From an uncultured Nitrososphaerales archaeon (GTDB taxonomy: Archaea > Thermoproteota > Nitrososphaeria > Nitrososphaerales > Gagatemarchaeaceae), in contig OY970160.1 in assembly GCA_963706445.1 (NCBI GenBank), positions 1,408,001 to 1,472,000 on the forward strand: a DNA stretch of 64,000 nt, given 5' to 3'. Numbering within the stretch: the stretch's first letter is position 1; each line of letters starts with the position of its first letter. Positions 37,701-46,229 of the stretch are shown piece by piece. The position numbers and the translations under genes were made by a program. The notes under the pieces were generated by a model. That model had not been told where the DNA came from and searched no databases. It saw only the letters and a list, made by a program, of their open reading frames with translations.

Positions 37701-38195
37701 TTATGAACGTATCAGCCGGTGCGCGAGGGCGACCCCCAGAGCGGTCCTGAGCGCTGCGATCTGCTGCTGGTAGCCGGTGCACCTGCAGAGGTTCCCGGAC
37801 ATCAGCCGCCTGATCTCCGCATCCGAAGCCCCCGGGACGTGCTCGAGGATCCACGACAGGGTGACTATCATCCCTGGAATGCAGTAGCCGCACTGCACGG
37901 CGTCGTGCTCCACGAACGCGCGCTGGACCGGGTTCGGGTCAGACGTCTTCCCCAGCCCTTCCACCGTGACCACTTCGCGCCCGTCTATCTGGGGAGCTAG
38001 GACAAGACAGGAGGTGACAGGCATCCCGTCCAAGAGGACTGTGCAGGCACCGCACTCGCCGGTGTCGCACCCCTTCTTCACCCCCGTCGTCCCCGCGACA
38101 TCATGCAGGTAGTCGCAGAGGGTCTGGTTCGGTTCGATCTCGTCGTTTCTCTTCGCGCCGTTGAGCTTGAAGCTCAACCTCAACCTGCCCTTCAA
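37701..38195 (-). CDS. Xdh/Cox-family 2Fe-2S small subunit
   Basis: GCDTGECGACTV..SC, QCGYC, NLCRCTGY. Confidence 0.95.
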   Translation of the reverse strand: MKGRLRLSFKLNGAKRNDEIEPNQTLCDYLHDVAGTTGVKKGCDTGECGACTVLLDGMPVTSCLVLAPQIDGREVVTVEGLGKTSDPNPVQRAFVEHDAVQCGYCIPGMIVTLSWILEHVPGASDAEIRRLMSGNLCRCTGYQQQIAALRTALGVALAHRLIRS

Positions 38196-39085
38196 CGGGT
38201 CCTATCCTCCGAGAGCAACTGGATGATGAGCCTCCTGGTCAGCACGTGGACGAGGCGCTTTCGGTAACGCGCGCTGGCCCTGATGTCGGATATCGGCTTC
38301 GCATCTTCTCCGGCGAGAGCAGCTACCTTCTCTGCTTGCTCAGCGTTCGCTTCGCTCCCTGCCATCGCCCCCGACGCGGTCTCGGCCAGAATGGGGGTGG
38401 GGGCCACGGCGCCAAGCGCGACCCTGCCGGCCCCGAACCTTCCGTCGTGGAGGGTGGCCACGACAGCCACGGAGACCGCGGAGAGCACGTTCTCGTTCCT
38501 CACGGCGGCCCTAGTCCAGACGCTCCGGACCTCCTCGATGGCGGGGATCTCCACCGATGAGATGATCTCGCCGACCTGGAGGGAGTTCCTTTTCGGACCG
38601 GTGAAAATGCTCTGGACCGGCAGAGTCCTCTTCCCCGACCTGCTGAGAATGGTGACGTCTGCGCCCAGCGCAATAAGCGGAGGAGCGGAGTCGGCCGCAG
38701 GGGACGCCGTCGCGAGGTTGCCTCCCAGGGTCGCTATGGTCCTGATCTGGAGGGTCCCTACGTTCGCCGACGCTTCACGAAGAGCGTTGGCGTACCTTCG
38801 CACCAGGGGGCTTTCCTCGATCTCCGAGAAAGTGGCCAAGGCGCCGATGCACAGGACTCCATTGCCGACGCTGATTCCTCCAATATCGCTCCTGAGGTGG
38901 CGCAGGTCGATCACCACCTTGGGTGCTACAGTCCGCTCCTTGAGCGCGACGGTGAGATCGGTGCCTCCGGCTATGATCGCCGCGTCCTTGCCGTGAACCG
39001 CGAGAACCTCGAACACCTCGGAGAGGGTCGTCGGGGCAAGATACTCGAACCGAGGGATGGGAGCCAGGTACTGGAATGATTTCAA
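38192..39085 (-). CDS. Xdh/Cox-family FAD-binding subunit
   Basis: AGGTDL, QIRTIATLGGNL, ASPAADS, PISDIRASARYR. Confidence 0.95.
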   Translation of the reverse strand: MKSFQYLAPIPRFEYLAPTTLSEVFEVLAVHGKDAAIIAGGTDLTVALKERTVAPKVVIDLRHLRSDIGGISVGNGVLCIGALATFSEIEESPLVRRYANALREASANVGTLQIRTIATLGGNLATASPAADSAPPLIALGADVTILSRSGKRTLPVQSIFTGPKRNSLQVGEIISSVEIPAIEEVRSVWTRAAVRNENVLSAVSVAVVATLHDGRFGAGRVALGAVAPTPILAETASGAMAGSEANAEQAEKVAALAGEDAKPISDIRASARYRKRLVHVLTRRLIIQLLSEDRTR

Positions 39086-41373
39086 GTCCGGCCGGACCTC
39101 TCATCAATCGCTTCAGATACCCTTTCGGGCGTGAAGGGGAATCGGCGGATGGGGAACCCAAGTGCGTTGTATATTGCGTTCCCGACCGCGCCTGCCACGG
39201 GCTCAATCCCCGCTTCGCCGACCCCCTTGGCGCCGAACGGCCCGAACTCGTCCGGCGCTTCGACGATTATGGTCTTGATCGTCGGCACGTCTGCCGCCGT
39301 GGGGATGTGGTAGTCCAGGAACGTCTTGTTCCTGATCACCCCGTCTTTCAGAATCAGTTCCTCCATGAGGGCGTAGCCAAGACCCTGCGCCACTCCCCCG
39401 ATAATCTGGCTCTCGTATTGCTCCCGCACCACGACGGTCCCGGAATCGTGCGCGGCGATATAGTTGATGACGTCCACCTTGCCGAGCTCTGTGTCCACCT
39501 CCACCTCCGCCACGTGGACTCCGAACGCGTATGAGGGCGCCAGGTCGCCGTGGCCGGCACTCATGTCCCAGAGGGGAAGGGGCTTGAACACCTTCCCTTC
39601 CTCCTTGAGGCTCATCCTCCGTCTTTGGCACTCCGCCACGAGCTCGGCGAACCCGACCCGCTCGTTCTTGTGCCCCAGGCGAACGGCCGAGTCTTCTTCG
39701 AAGGAGATCTCCTCGGCTGGGCACGACAGCATGTCAGAGGCGACCAGCGAGAGCTTTTGCCTGAGCTTCTCTGCCGCCAGGAGTATCGCCTTGCCCCCGA
39801 ACACAGTGCTCCTGGAGGCCACCGTTGGACCTGAATCTGGGACGAGGTCGGTGTCCGGCAGGATGACCTCAGCCCTGTCCGGTCTGGTCCCCAGAACCCG
39901 GGAGACTATGCTCACGAAGCCGGTGTGGATCCCCTGCCCGTACTCGGTCAGGCTCGATTTGACCAGCACACGGCCTTCTTCCGTTATCTCAACAGACGCC
40001 GTGGCGGCGTCAGCTTCGCCGTTCAGACCCTCGGGGTGGATGGTGCATGCCATGCCGATCCCGCGCCTCTTCGTCCCCGTCCCTGGCCCAGCCCTCCGTT
40101 TCGATTCCCACCCCGAAGCTTCACTGGCCTTGATGATGCACTCCTCCAAGCCTACTCCTCCTGGAAGAATCTGTCCCGTCGGCGTGATCGCCCCTTCCCT
40201 GAGGACGTTGAGGAGCCTGAACTCAACCGGGTCTATCCCGATGGATTCCGCCGCCTCGTCCATCTGTAGCTCCGCCGCGAACGACGCCTGAGGCTTACCG
40301 AACCCCCTGAAGGCTCCGGTGGGCACGTTGTTGGTGTACGCCACCTCTCCCTCGACGTGCACGTTCGGCACGACATAGGGGCCGGCTGCCACGATGACCG
40401 CGACGAAGAGGACCCGCTCGCTAAGGGAGGCGTAGGCGCCCCCGTCTCCGAGTATCCGGGCCCTGACTGCAATTATCTTCCCATTGGATGTCACTCCCAT
40501 CTCCCGTTCGAATGTCATCGGGTGACGCTTAGGATGGAACGCGGCCGACTCTTTCCTTGAGAATGCCAAAAGTGCAGGCCTCTTGGTAAGCCAGGCCCCA
40601 AGCGCGGCCATGGCGCAGACTTCGTCTGGGGCGTCCTGCTTCGCTCCGAACCCGCCCCCGGTGGGCGCCTGTATGATGCGGACGTTCGGGGCCGCACCCC
40701 CCATGACGGTGGACACCGCCTTCTTGACCATGAATGGGTTCTGCATCGAGCCGAGGACGACGACGCCGTCCTTCTTTGGGTAGGCGAGCGCAGCTTCGGT
40801 CTCCAGGTACGCGTGCTCCTGGACTGGAGTCCTGTAGACCCCCCTTACCACCGAGTCTGCTTTCGCAAGTCCCTTCGGGGCGTCTCCGAAGTTCACAAGG
40901 TGCCTCGCGGTGAGGTTCCCTGAGACATGAATGGCGGGGGCGCCCGGTCGCAGCGCCTCCTCTGGGGTGAAGACGGCTGGGAGCTGTTCGTAGTCCACCC
41001 TGACCGCCTGGACGCCAAGTTCGGCGGACTCCGGCGTGTCAGCGACGACGAGCGCCACCGAATCTCCGACGAATCTCACCTTGTCGGGGCAGAGCAGCGG
41101 CCTGTCCTGGACGACGTAACCGATGTAGTTGGACCCAGGAACGGACCTGGCCGTCGCGACCTTCACGACCCCCTGGACTCGTTCTGCAGCGGAGACGTCG
41201 ATGCGTCTAATCAGGGCGTGAGGGTGTGGGGACCTGACAACACGGACGTAGAGGGCATCCTCATGGATGTTGTCCGTCGTGTACTTGGTTTCGCCCGTCG
41301 CTTTCTCGAGGGCGTCGATCCTCGTCACCCCCTTGGAGCGGAGGAGGGACTCTTCGAGCCTCTGCTCGGTCAT
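39082..41373 (-). CDS. Xdh-family molybdopterin-binding large subunit no. 1
   Basis: QEHAYLE, GGGFGAK, AFRGFG, EYGQG, TVASRS, AKGVGE. Confidence 0.95.
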   Translation of the reverse strand: MTEQRLEESLLRSKGVTRIDALEKATGETKYTTDNIHEDALYVRVVRSPHPHALIRRIDVSAAERVQGVVKVATARSVPGSNYIGYVVQDRPLLCPDKVRFVGDSVALVVADTPESAELGVQAVRVDYEQLPAVFTPEEALRPGAPAIHVSGNLTARHLVNFGDAPKGLAKADSVVRGVYRTPVQEHAYLETEAALAYPKKDGVVVLGSMQNPFMVKKAVSTVMGGAAPNVRIIQAPTGGGFGAKQDAPDEVCAMAALGAWLTKRPALLAFSRKESAAFHPKRHPMTFEREMGVTSNGKIIAVRARILGDGGAYASLSERVLFVAVIVAAGPYVVPNVHVEGEVAYTNNVPTGAFRGFGKPQASFAAELQMDEAAESIGIDPVEFRLLNVLREGAITPTGQILPGGVGLEECIIKASEASGWESKRRAGPGTGTKRRGIGMACTIHPEGLNGEADAATASVEITEEGRVLVKSSLTEYGQGIHTGFVSIVSRVLGTRPDRAEVILPDTDLVPDSGPTVASRSTVFGGKAILLAAEKLRQKLSLVASDMLSCPAEEISFEEDSAVRLGHKNERVGFAELVAECQRRRMSLKEEGKVFKPLPLWDMSAGHGDLAPSYAFGVHVAEVEVDTELGKVDVINYIAAHDSGTVVVREQYESQIIGGVAQGLGYALMEELILKDGVIRNKTFLDYHIPTAADVPTIKTIIVEAPDEFGPFGAKGVGEAGIEPVAGAVGNAIYNALGFPIRRFPFTPERVSEAIDERSGRT

Positions 41374-41435
41374 TTCTGATGAGAAGAGCCGGCGGGGCTT
41401 TAAATCCTATATGTCAGATCGGCGTCTTGCAGCCA

Positions 41436-42689
41436 TCACCGGTGCTGGGTCCGGCTTGGGTTTTTTCCGTCACCCCGGCCTTTTCCCTCGAACATCTCGA
41501 TGACTCTGTCGGGCTCCTTGAGCCCGGAGCCTGTCACGAATACCGCCACCGTGTCGTCTTTGGCGATGTCCCCATCGGATAGCATCCGTTCCAGTCCGGC
41601 AAGCCCAGCGGCCCCCGAGGGTTCGGCGAAGACCCCTTCGTAGGCGGCGAGCTCGCTGACCGCCCCGAGTATCTCACTGTCGCTCACTGAAACTCCGGCC
41701 CCCCCTGTCTTCCTCACCCCCGTCATGGCCGCATCTCCGTCCCACGGATACGGGTCCAGAAGGCCCCCCGCCACCGACGCCGGGTATGGTTCGGGGACGA
41801 GTTTGTCCAGACTGACGCCGTCCTGAATCGCCTTGACCAGAGCCTGGTTTCCGGAGGGTTGGACGGCGACGATCCTCGGGTAGGACTTGATCAGGTCGAG
41901 CTCCTTGAAATCGCGGAGGCCCTTCCAGATGCCGGTGAGCAGGCAGCCGGACCCCGTCGGGACGAAGACCGCGTCCAGTCCCTTCCATTCCATCTGCTCG
42001 TAGAGCTCGTAGGCCATGGTCTTCGGCCCTTCCACCTGATATGGGTTGAATGGCCCGAAGCTTGGGCAGGGGTAGTACCCGAACTTGTCGACGGCGGCGA
42101 GCATCGCCTGGACCGTGGCGTCCTCCCCCTCCTTCTCCTGTTCACATCTGGTTATCGTGGCTCCGTAGAGGAGGAGCTGGGCGATCTTGCCAGCGGCCGC
42201 GTCGGGGGGGACGAAAGCGTGGCACTTCATCCCTGCTCCTGCTGAGTAGGCGGCGAGGGAGGCGGCAGCGTTGCCGCTGGACGCGATTGCGACGTCTGTC
42301 TTCTTCAGCTCGATGGCCTTCGCCGAACCCACGGCCATGGCCCGGTCCTTGAAGGACGCAGTGGGGTTCCTTGTATCGTCCTTCAGGAAGAGGTTCTTCA
42401 TCCCGAGCCTCTCGCCTAGCCGACGGGAGTGGATCAGCGGGGTCCCCCCCTCCCCCAATCTGACGGCGAAACCGGAGGAGACGGGGAGGAGCTCTTCATA
42501 TCTCCAGATGTCCCTGGAGGTACGTTCAGCCAGTGTCCTGCGACCGAGCCTGTCCGACACCGCGTCGTAGTCGTAGACGACGTCGAGTCTCCCCAGGTCC
42601 CTGTTGCGGCACATCACCTGGTTCTCGCTGGGCTTGTATTTCGTCCCGCACTTCGAGCAGACCAGTCTTTCTACGAAGGACAAGAGCAC
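41436..42689 (-). CDS. threonine synthase-like PLP enzyme (fold type II)
   Basis: N-terminal CSKC, LGEGGTPL, NPTASFKDR, ASSGNAA, PTGSG, AEPSGA, TGSGLK. Confidence 0.85.
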   Translation of the reverse strand: MLLSFVERLVCSKCGTKYKPSENQVMCRNRDLGRLDVVYDYDAVSDRLGRRTLAERTSRDIWRYEELLPVSSGFAVRLGEGGTPLIHSRRLGERLGMKNLFLKDDTRNPTASFKDRAMAVGSAKAIELKKTDVAIASSGNAAASLAAYSAGAGMKCHAFVPPDAAAGKIAQLLLYGATITRCEQEKEGEDATVQAMLAAVDKFGYYPCPSFGPFNPYQVEGPKTMAYELYEQMEWKGLDAVFVPTGSGCLLTGIWKGLRDFKELDLIKSYPRIVAVQPSGNQALVKAIQDGVSLDKLVPEPYPASVAGGLLDPYPWDGDAAMTGVRKTGGAGVSVSDSEILGAVSELAAYEGVFAEPSGAAGLAGLERMLSDGDIAKDDTVAVFVTGSGLKEPDRVIEMFEGKGRGDGKNPSRTQHR

Positions 42690-42705
42690 CGGATCCGGAT
42701 CGCGC

Positions 42706-43737
42706 CTACTCTACTATGTCGAAGCCCTTCTGGTACTTCGCGAGCTGCTCCATGGTGTAAGGGTCGAGCTGCTTGCTAGTGCGAGTTACGACCTGCTTCT
42801 TCTTTATCCCGAACACCTCGGTGGAGAGGTACCTTCCTCCGGAGTCGTTGATTACAGTCGCGATCCTTCCAAGCTCCGGGTGCGTCTTTGACAGCTTCAC
42901 GGCAGCCACAACATTGCATCCTGAGGAGATCCCACAGAAGATCCCTTCCGCCCTCGCCAGCCGCTTGGTCATTTCGATGGCTTCGTCTGAGGTCGTGGTG
43001 ACAACGCCGGTCAGGAGGCTGAGGTCGAGGTTCATTGGCACGAAACCGTCGCCGATTCCCTCTATCTTGTGGGTCCCCCACTTGGCGTGGGCGAGTATCG
43101 GCGCCTCCGATGGCTCGACGGCGTAGAGCTTCACCTTCGGGTTCTTCTCCCGAAGATACCTGCCGATCCCGGAAAGGACTCCGCCGGTCCCCTGGGATGC
43201 TACAAAGGCGTCGACCTTGCCACCCATCTGGCTCCACAGCTCGGGCCCCGTGGCCTTGTAGTGCGCCATGGGGTTGTCAGGGTTTGAGAACTGCGAAGGG
43301 ACCCAGTACTTCCCTCTGCTCTTCTTGAGGATCTCCTCGATCTTGTCCAGGCAGAGGTCAACGTCGCTCTCGGCCCCGGGAGTGAGGATGAGCTCCCCGC
43401 CGAACGCCTTGATCATCTTCTTCCGCTCGTCGCTCATCCCTTCGGGCATGACGATGGTCACCTTGTATCCCATCCTGGTGCCGATGAAGGCGCAGGCGAT
43501 CCCCGCGTTCCCTGTCGAGGCCTCAAGGATCTCCATCCCGGGCTTGAGGTCTCCCCGGTTGATGGCCCCCAGTATCATCTCCTTGTAGATCCGGTCTTTC
43601 AGGCTCTCTGTGGGGTTGAACGCCTCCAGTTTAGCGAAGACCTCCGCCTTGATCTTCTCCTCGGCAGGGATTTTCGAGAGGCGGACGGTGGGGGTGTCCC
43701 CTATGATGTCCAGTATGGAGTTATCCTTTCCGAGCAA
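42706..43737 (-). CDS. cysteine synthase-like PLP enzyme (divergent)
   Basis: IGDTPTV, KLEAFNPTESLKDR, ASTGNAG, QFSN, SQGTGG, IEGIG, GISSG, DSGGRYLST. SD GGAGG precedes the TTG. Confidence 0.88.
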   Translation of the reverse strand: MLGKDNSILDIIGDTPTVRLSKIPAEEKIKAEVFAKLEAFNPTESLKDRIYKEMILGAINRGDLKPGMEILEASTGNAGIACAFIGTRMGYKVTIVMPEGMSDERKKMIKAFGGELILTPGAESDVDLCLDKIEEILKKSRGKYWVPSQFSNPDNPMAHYKATGPELWSQMGGKVDAFVASQGTGGVLSGIGRYLREKNPKVKLYAVEPSEAPILAHAKWGTHKIEGIGDGFVPMNLDLSLLTGVVTTTSDEAIEMTKRLARAEGIFCGISSGCNVVAAVKLSKTHPELGRIATVINDSGGRYLSTEVFGIKKKQVVTRTSKQLDPYTMEQLAKYQKGFDIVE

Positions 43738-43752
43738 CGATGTCTCCTCCGA

Positions 43753-44829
43753 CTATCTCCCGCGTTTGGAGCCCATGACCATGGCCATGACCGCCTTCTG
43801 GACGTGCAGCCTGTTCTCCGCCTGCTCGAAGTAGAGGGAGTACTTCGGGCTGTCGATGACCTCGTCGGTGGCCTCCTGTCCTCTGTCCGCAGGACCGCAG
43901 TGCATGTACTTCCCCCTGTTGGTCAGGTCCATCATCTCCTGGGTGCACTTCCAGTCGGTGAACTTGTTCTGGTACTCCGACGCCGCGTCCTTGTTCACGG
44001 TCTTGCTGTATGGGGGGACGAACCCCTTTGGAGACCAGGCCTTGGGGTAGACGAAGTCTGCCCCTTCGAACGCCTCCTTCATGTCGTTCGAGACCTTGAA
44101 GCTCCCGCCGTACCTGTCGGCGTTCTCCTCGCACGCCTTGATGACGTTGTCTTCGAGCTCGAACCCCTTCGGGTGGGCTAGGACGACGTCCATGCCGAAC
44201 TGGGTGCCGATCAGGACACAGCTCTGCGGGACCGCGAGGGGCTTCAGCCCTCCCGAGTAGGCGTAGGAGACGACGAACTTCTTCTTCTTCGGTCTTGGCG
44301 CGACATCGACAATGGCCTTCATGTCTGCCAGAGCCTGAAACGGGTGGTAGATGTCGTCCTCCATGTTGAGGACCGGGATGTCGGCCCATTTGGCGAACTC
44401 CTGGATTATCCTGTGACCCCTACCGATTATCCACTTGGCGGCGTCCCCGTAGCACCTGATCGCTATCGAGTCCCCGTACCTGGAAAGCACCCTGCCTACG
44501 TCTGCTATGGCCTCTGTCTGGTATGGGACCATGTCCTCTGGGAGGGACGGGGTATACACGTCGCTGGGGCTCAGGAAGTGCGCGTGGCCACCAAGCTGAT
44601 AGATCCCGGCTTCAAATGAATTCCTTGTCCTGAGGGACCTGTTGTAGAACATCATGAACAGGGTGTTCCCGGGGAGATAGGGGGTGTTGGCCCTCTTTCG
44701 GAACTTCACCTTGAGGTCCTCGGCCGCCTTGAGGATCCCGGCTATCTTCTCCTGAGGATAGTCGTTCGTGTTCAGGAAGTCTTTGCCCGCCATTGAACCG
44801 ACATAGGATGGTGCTTTCATGACAGGCAT
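43753..44829 (-). CDS. transcarbamylase (YgeW-like) no. 2
   Basis: SLRT, HPFQ, YAYS..LKPLAVPQ (YgeW has WAYS..KPLSVPQ), VYPKAW, HCGPAD, QAENR. Confidence 0.88.
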   Translation of the reverse strand: MPVMKAPSYVGSMAGKDFLNTNDYPQEKIAGILKAAEDLKVKFRKRANTPYLPGNTLFMMFYNRSLRTRNSFEAGIYQLGGHAHFLSPSDVYTPSLPEDMVPYQTEAIADVGRVLSRYGDSIAIRCYGDAAKWIIGRGHRIIQEFAKWADIPVLNMEDDIYHPFQALADMKAIVDVAPRPKKKKFVVSYAYSGGLKPLAVPQSCVLIGTQFGMDVVLAHPKGFELEDNVIKACEENADRYGGSFKVSNDMKEAFEGADFVYPKAWSPKGFVPPYSKTVNKDAASEYQNKFTDWKCTQEMMDLTNRGKYMHCGPADRGQEATDEVIDSPKYSLYFEQAENRLHVQKAVMAMVMGSKRGR

Positions 44830-44874
44830 CCCCAGAAATCCTGATTAATACGTGGTTCCCCTGATAGGCTCAAC

Positions 44875-45759
44875 TTGTCGTCTGTCGAGCTCTACTCACC
44901 CACTGACCTCGCAGACGCACTCAGGTTCATCGAGCACAAGGGAGAGGAAGTCGCGGTGATCGCCAGCGGGACGGACCTAATCCCGCGGATGCGGAAGAGG
45001 CAGGTCTCGCCGTCGGTGCTTCTTGACATATCGTCGTTCCAGAGCGACCTAAGGTATGTCCGCCAGTCGGACGGAGGAGTTAGCCTGGGGGCGCTGACCA
45101 CCCTCACCGACGTTTTGGAATCGTCCCTTTTCAACGGAAAGCTTTCGGTCATTCACGAAGCGGCTGAGATATTCGGCGCCCCCCAGGTCCGCAACGTCGC
45201 CACGGTCGGGGGGAACGTCTGCTCCGCTGCGTCTTCCGAAGACCTGATCCCTGTCCTCATGGCCCTCGGCGCCCGGCTCAAGGTCATAAGCTCCGGAGGG
45301 GAGCGCACGGTCCCCATCAAAGATTTCGTCGTAGGGAAGCGCGAGACGGCGTTGAAGCCGTCGGAGATCCTGGCTGAGGTCCGCTTCGACTATCCGAAGG
45401 GGAAGTACTGGACGGGGTTCGAGAAGCTCGGGCGCAGGAACATGCTCATCATCTCTCTTGTCAGCATGGCCATGCGCCTGACCCTGGAAGACGACCTGAG
45501 CACGGTCCGTTCGGCGAGCATCGCCCTCAACAGAGTGTCGGGGAGGGTCCCGGCCCTGGCGTCGAAGACGGAAGAGTTCCTAGTGGGGAGCAAGCTCTCC
45601 GAGAAGACGATCGTGGAAGCCCAGAAGGTTCTGGCCACGGAGCTGGCTCTGACGAGCGACTTCCGGAGCTCGGCGGCTTACCGCATGGAGATCGCCCAGG
45701 TCTATCTGAAGAGGCTGCTGCTCAGATGCTCCGAGAGGATCAGGAGAGAGACAGAATGA
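44875..45759 (+). CDS. Xdh/Cox-family FAD-binding subunit
   Basis: ASGTDL, QVRNVATVGGN, SDFRSSAAYR. Confidence 0.93.
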   Translation: MSSVELYSPTDLADALRFIEHKGEEVAVIASGTDLIPRMRKRQVSPSVLLDISSFQSDLRYVRQSDGGVSLGALTTLTDVLESSLFNGKLSVIHEAAEIFGAPQVRNVATVGGNVCSAASSEDLIPVLMALGARLKVISSGGERTVPIKDFVVGKRETALKPSEILAEVRFDYPKGKYWTGFEKLGRRNMLIISLVSMAMRLTLEDDLSTVRSASIALNRVSGRVPALASKTEEFLVGSKLSEKTIVEAQKVLATELALTSDFRSSAAYRMEIAQVYLKRLLLRCSERIRRETE

Positions 45760-46229
45760 CGAGAAGGGTGATCTCGCTGAACGTCAACGGAGCCGAGCGG
45801 TCGGTGCAGGTCGGCCCCCTGGAGAGACTGATCGATGTGCTAAGGGATGAATTGTGGTTGAAGTCGGTGAAGGAGGGGTGCAGTACGGGCGACTGCGGAA
45901 TCTGCGCCGTCATGGTGGACGGGAAGTTGGTGAATAGCTGTCTTATGCTCGCAGCCCAGTGCGATGGAAGAAGGGTGCTGACCCTTGAAGGGCTGCAGAA
46001 CGACCTGACCATGAAGAGGCTGCAGGGGAGCTTCATCGCCAACAACGCCGCCCAGTGCGGCTTCTGCACCCCGGCGATGCTGATGGCATCCTGGGACCTG
46101 GCCAGGCACTCGTCGAAGCCGTCGACCGAGGAGGTCAAGGTGGCCATGAGTGGGATACTCTGCAGGTGCACGGGGTACTATCAGATCATAGATTCGGTCA
46201 AGCAGGGGTGCAGGGAGGAGAGGCGTTGA
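45756..46229 (+). CDS. Xdh/Cox-family 2Fe-2S small subunit
   Basis: GCSTGDCGIC..SC, QCGFC, LCRCTGY. ATGA overlap with the upstream gene. Confidence 0.95.
   Translation: MTRRVISLNVNGAERSVQVGPLERLIDVLRDELWLKSVKEGCSTGDCGICAVMVDGKLVNSCLMLAAQCDGRRVLTLEGLQNDLTMKRLQGSFIANNAAQCGFCTPAMLMASWDLARHSSKPSTEEVKVAMSGILCRCTGYYQIIDSVKQGCREERR

Noticed and set aside
23524-44829. Arginine deiminase pathway (arcC plus OTC)
   Set aside because: No arginine deiminase is in the window, and both transcarbamylases lack the ornithine-binding motifs.
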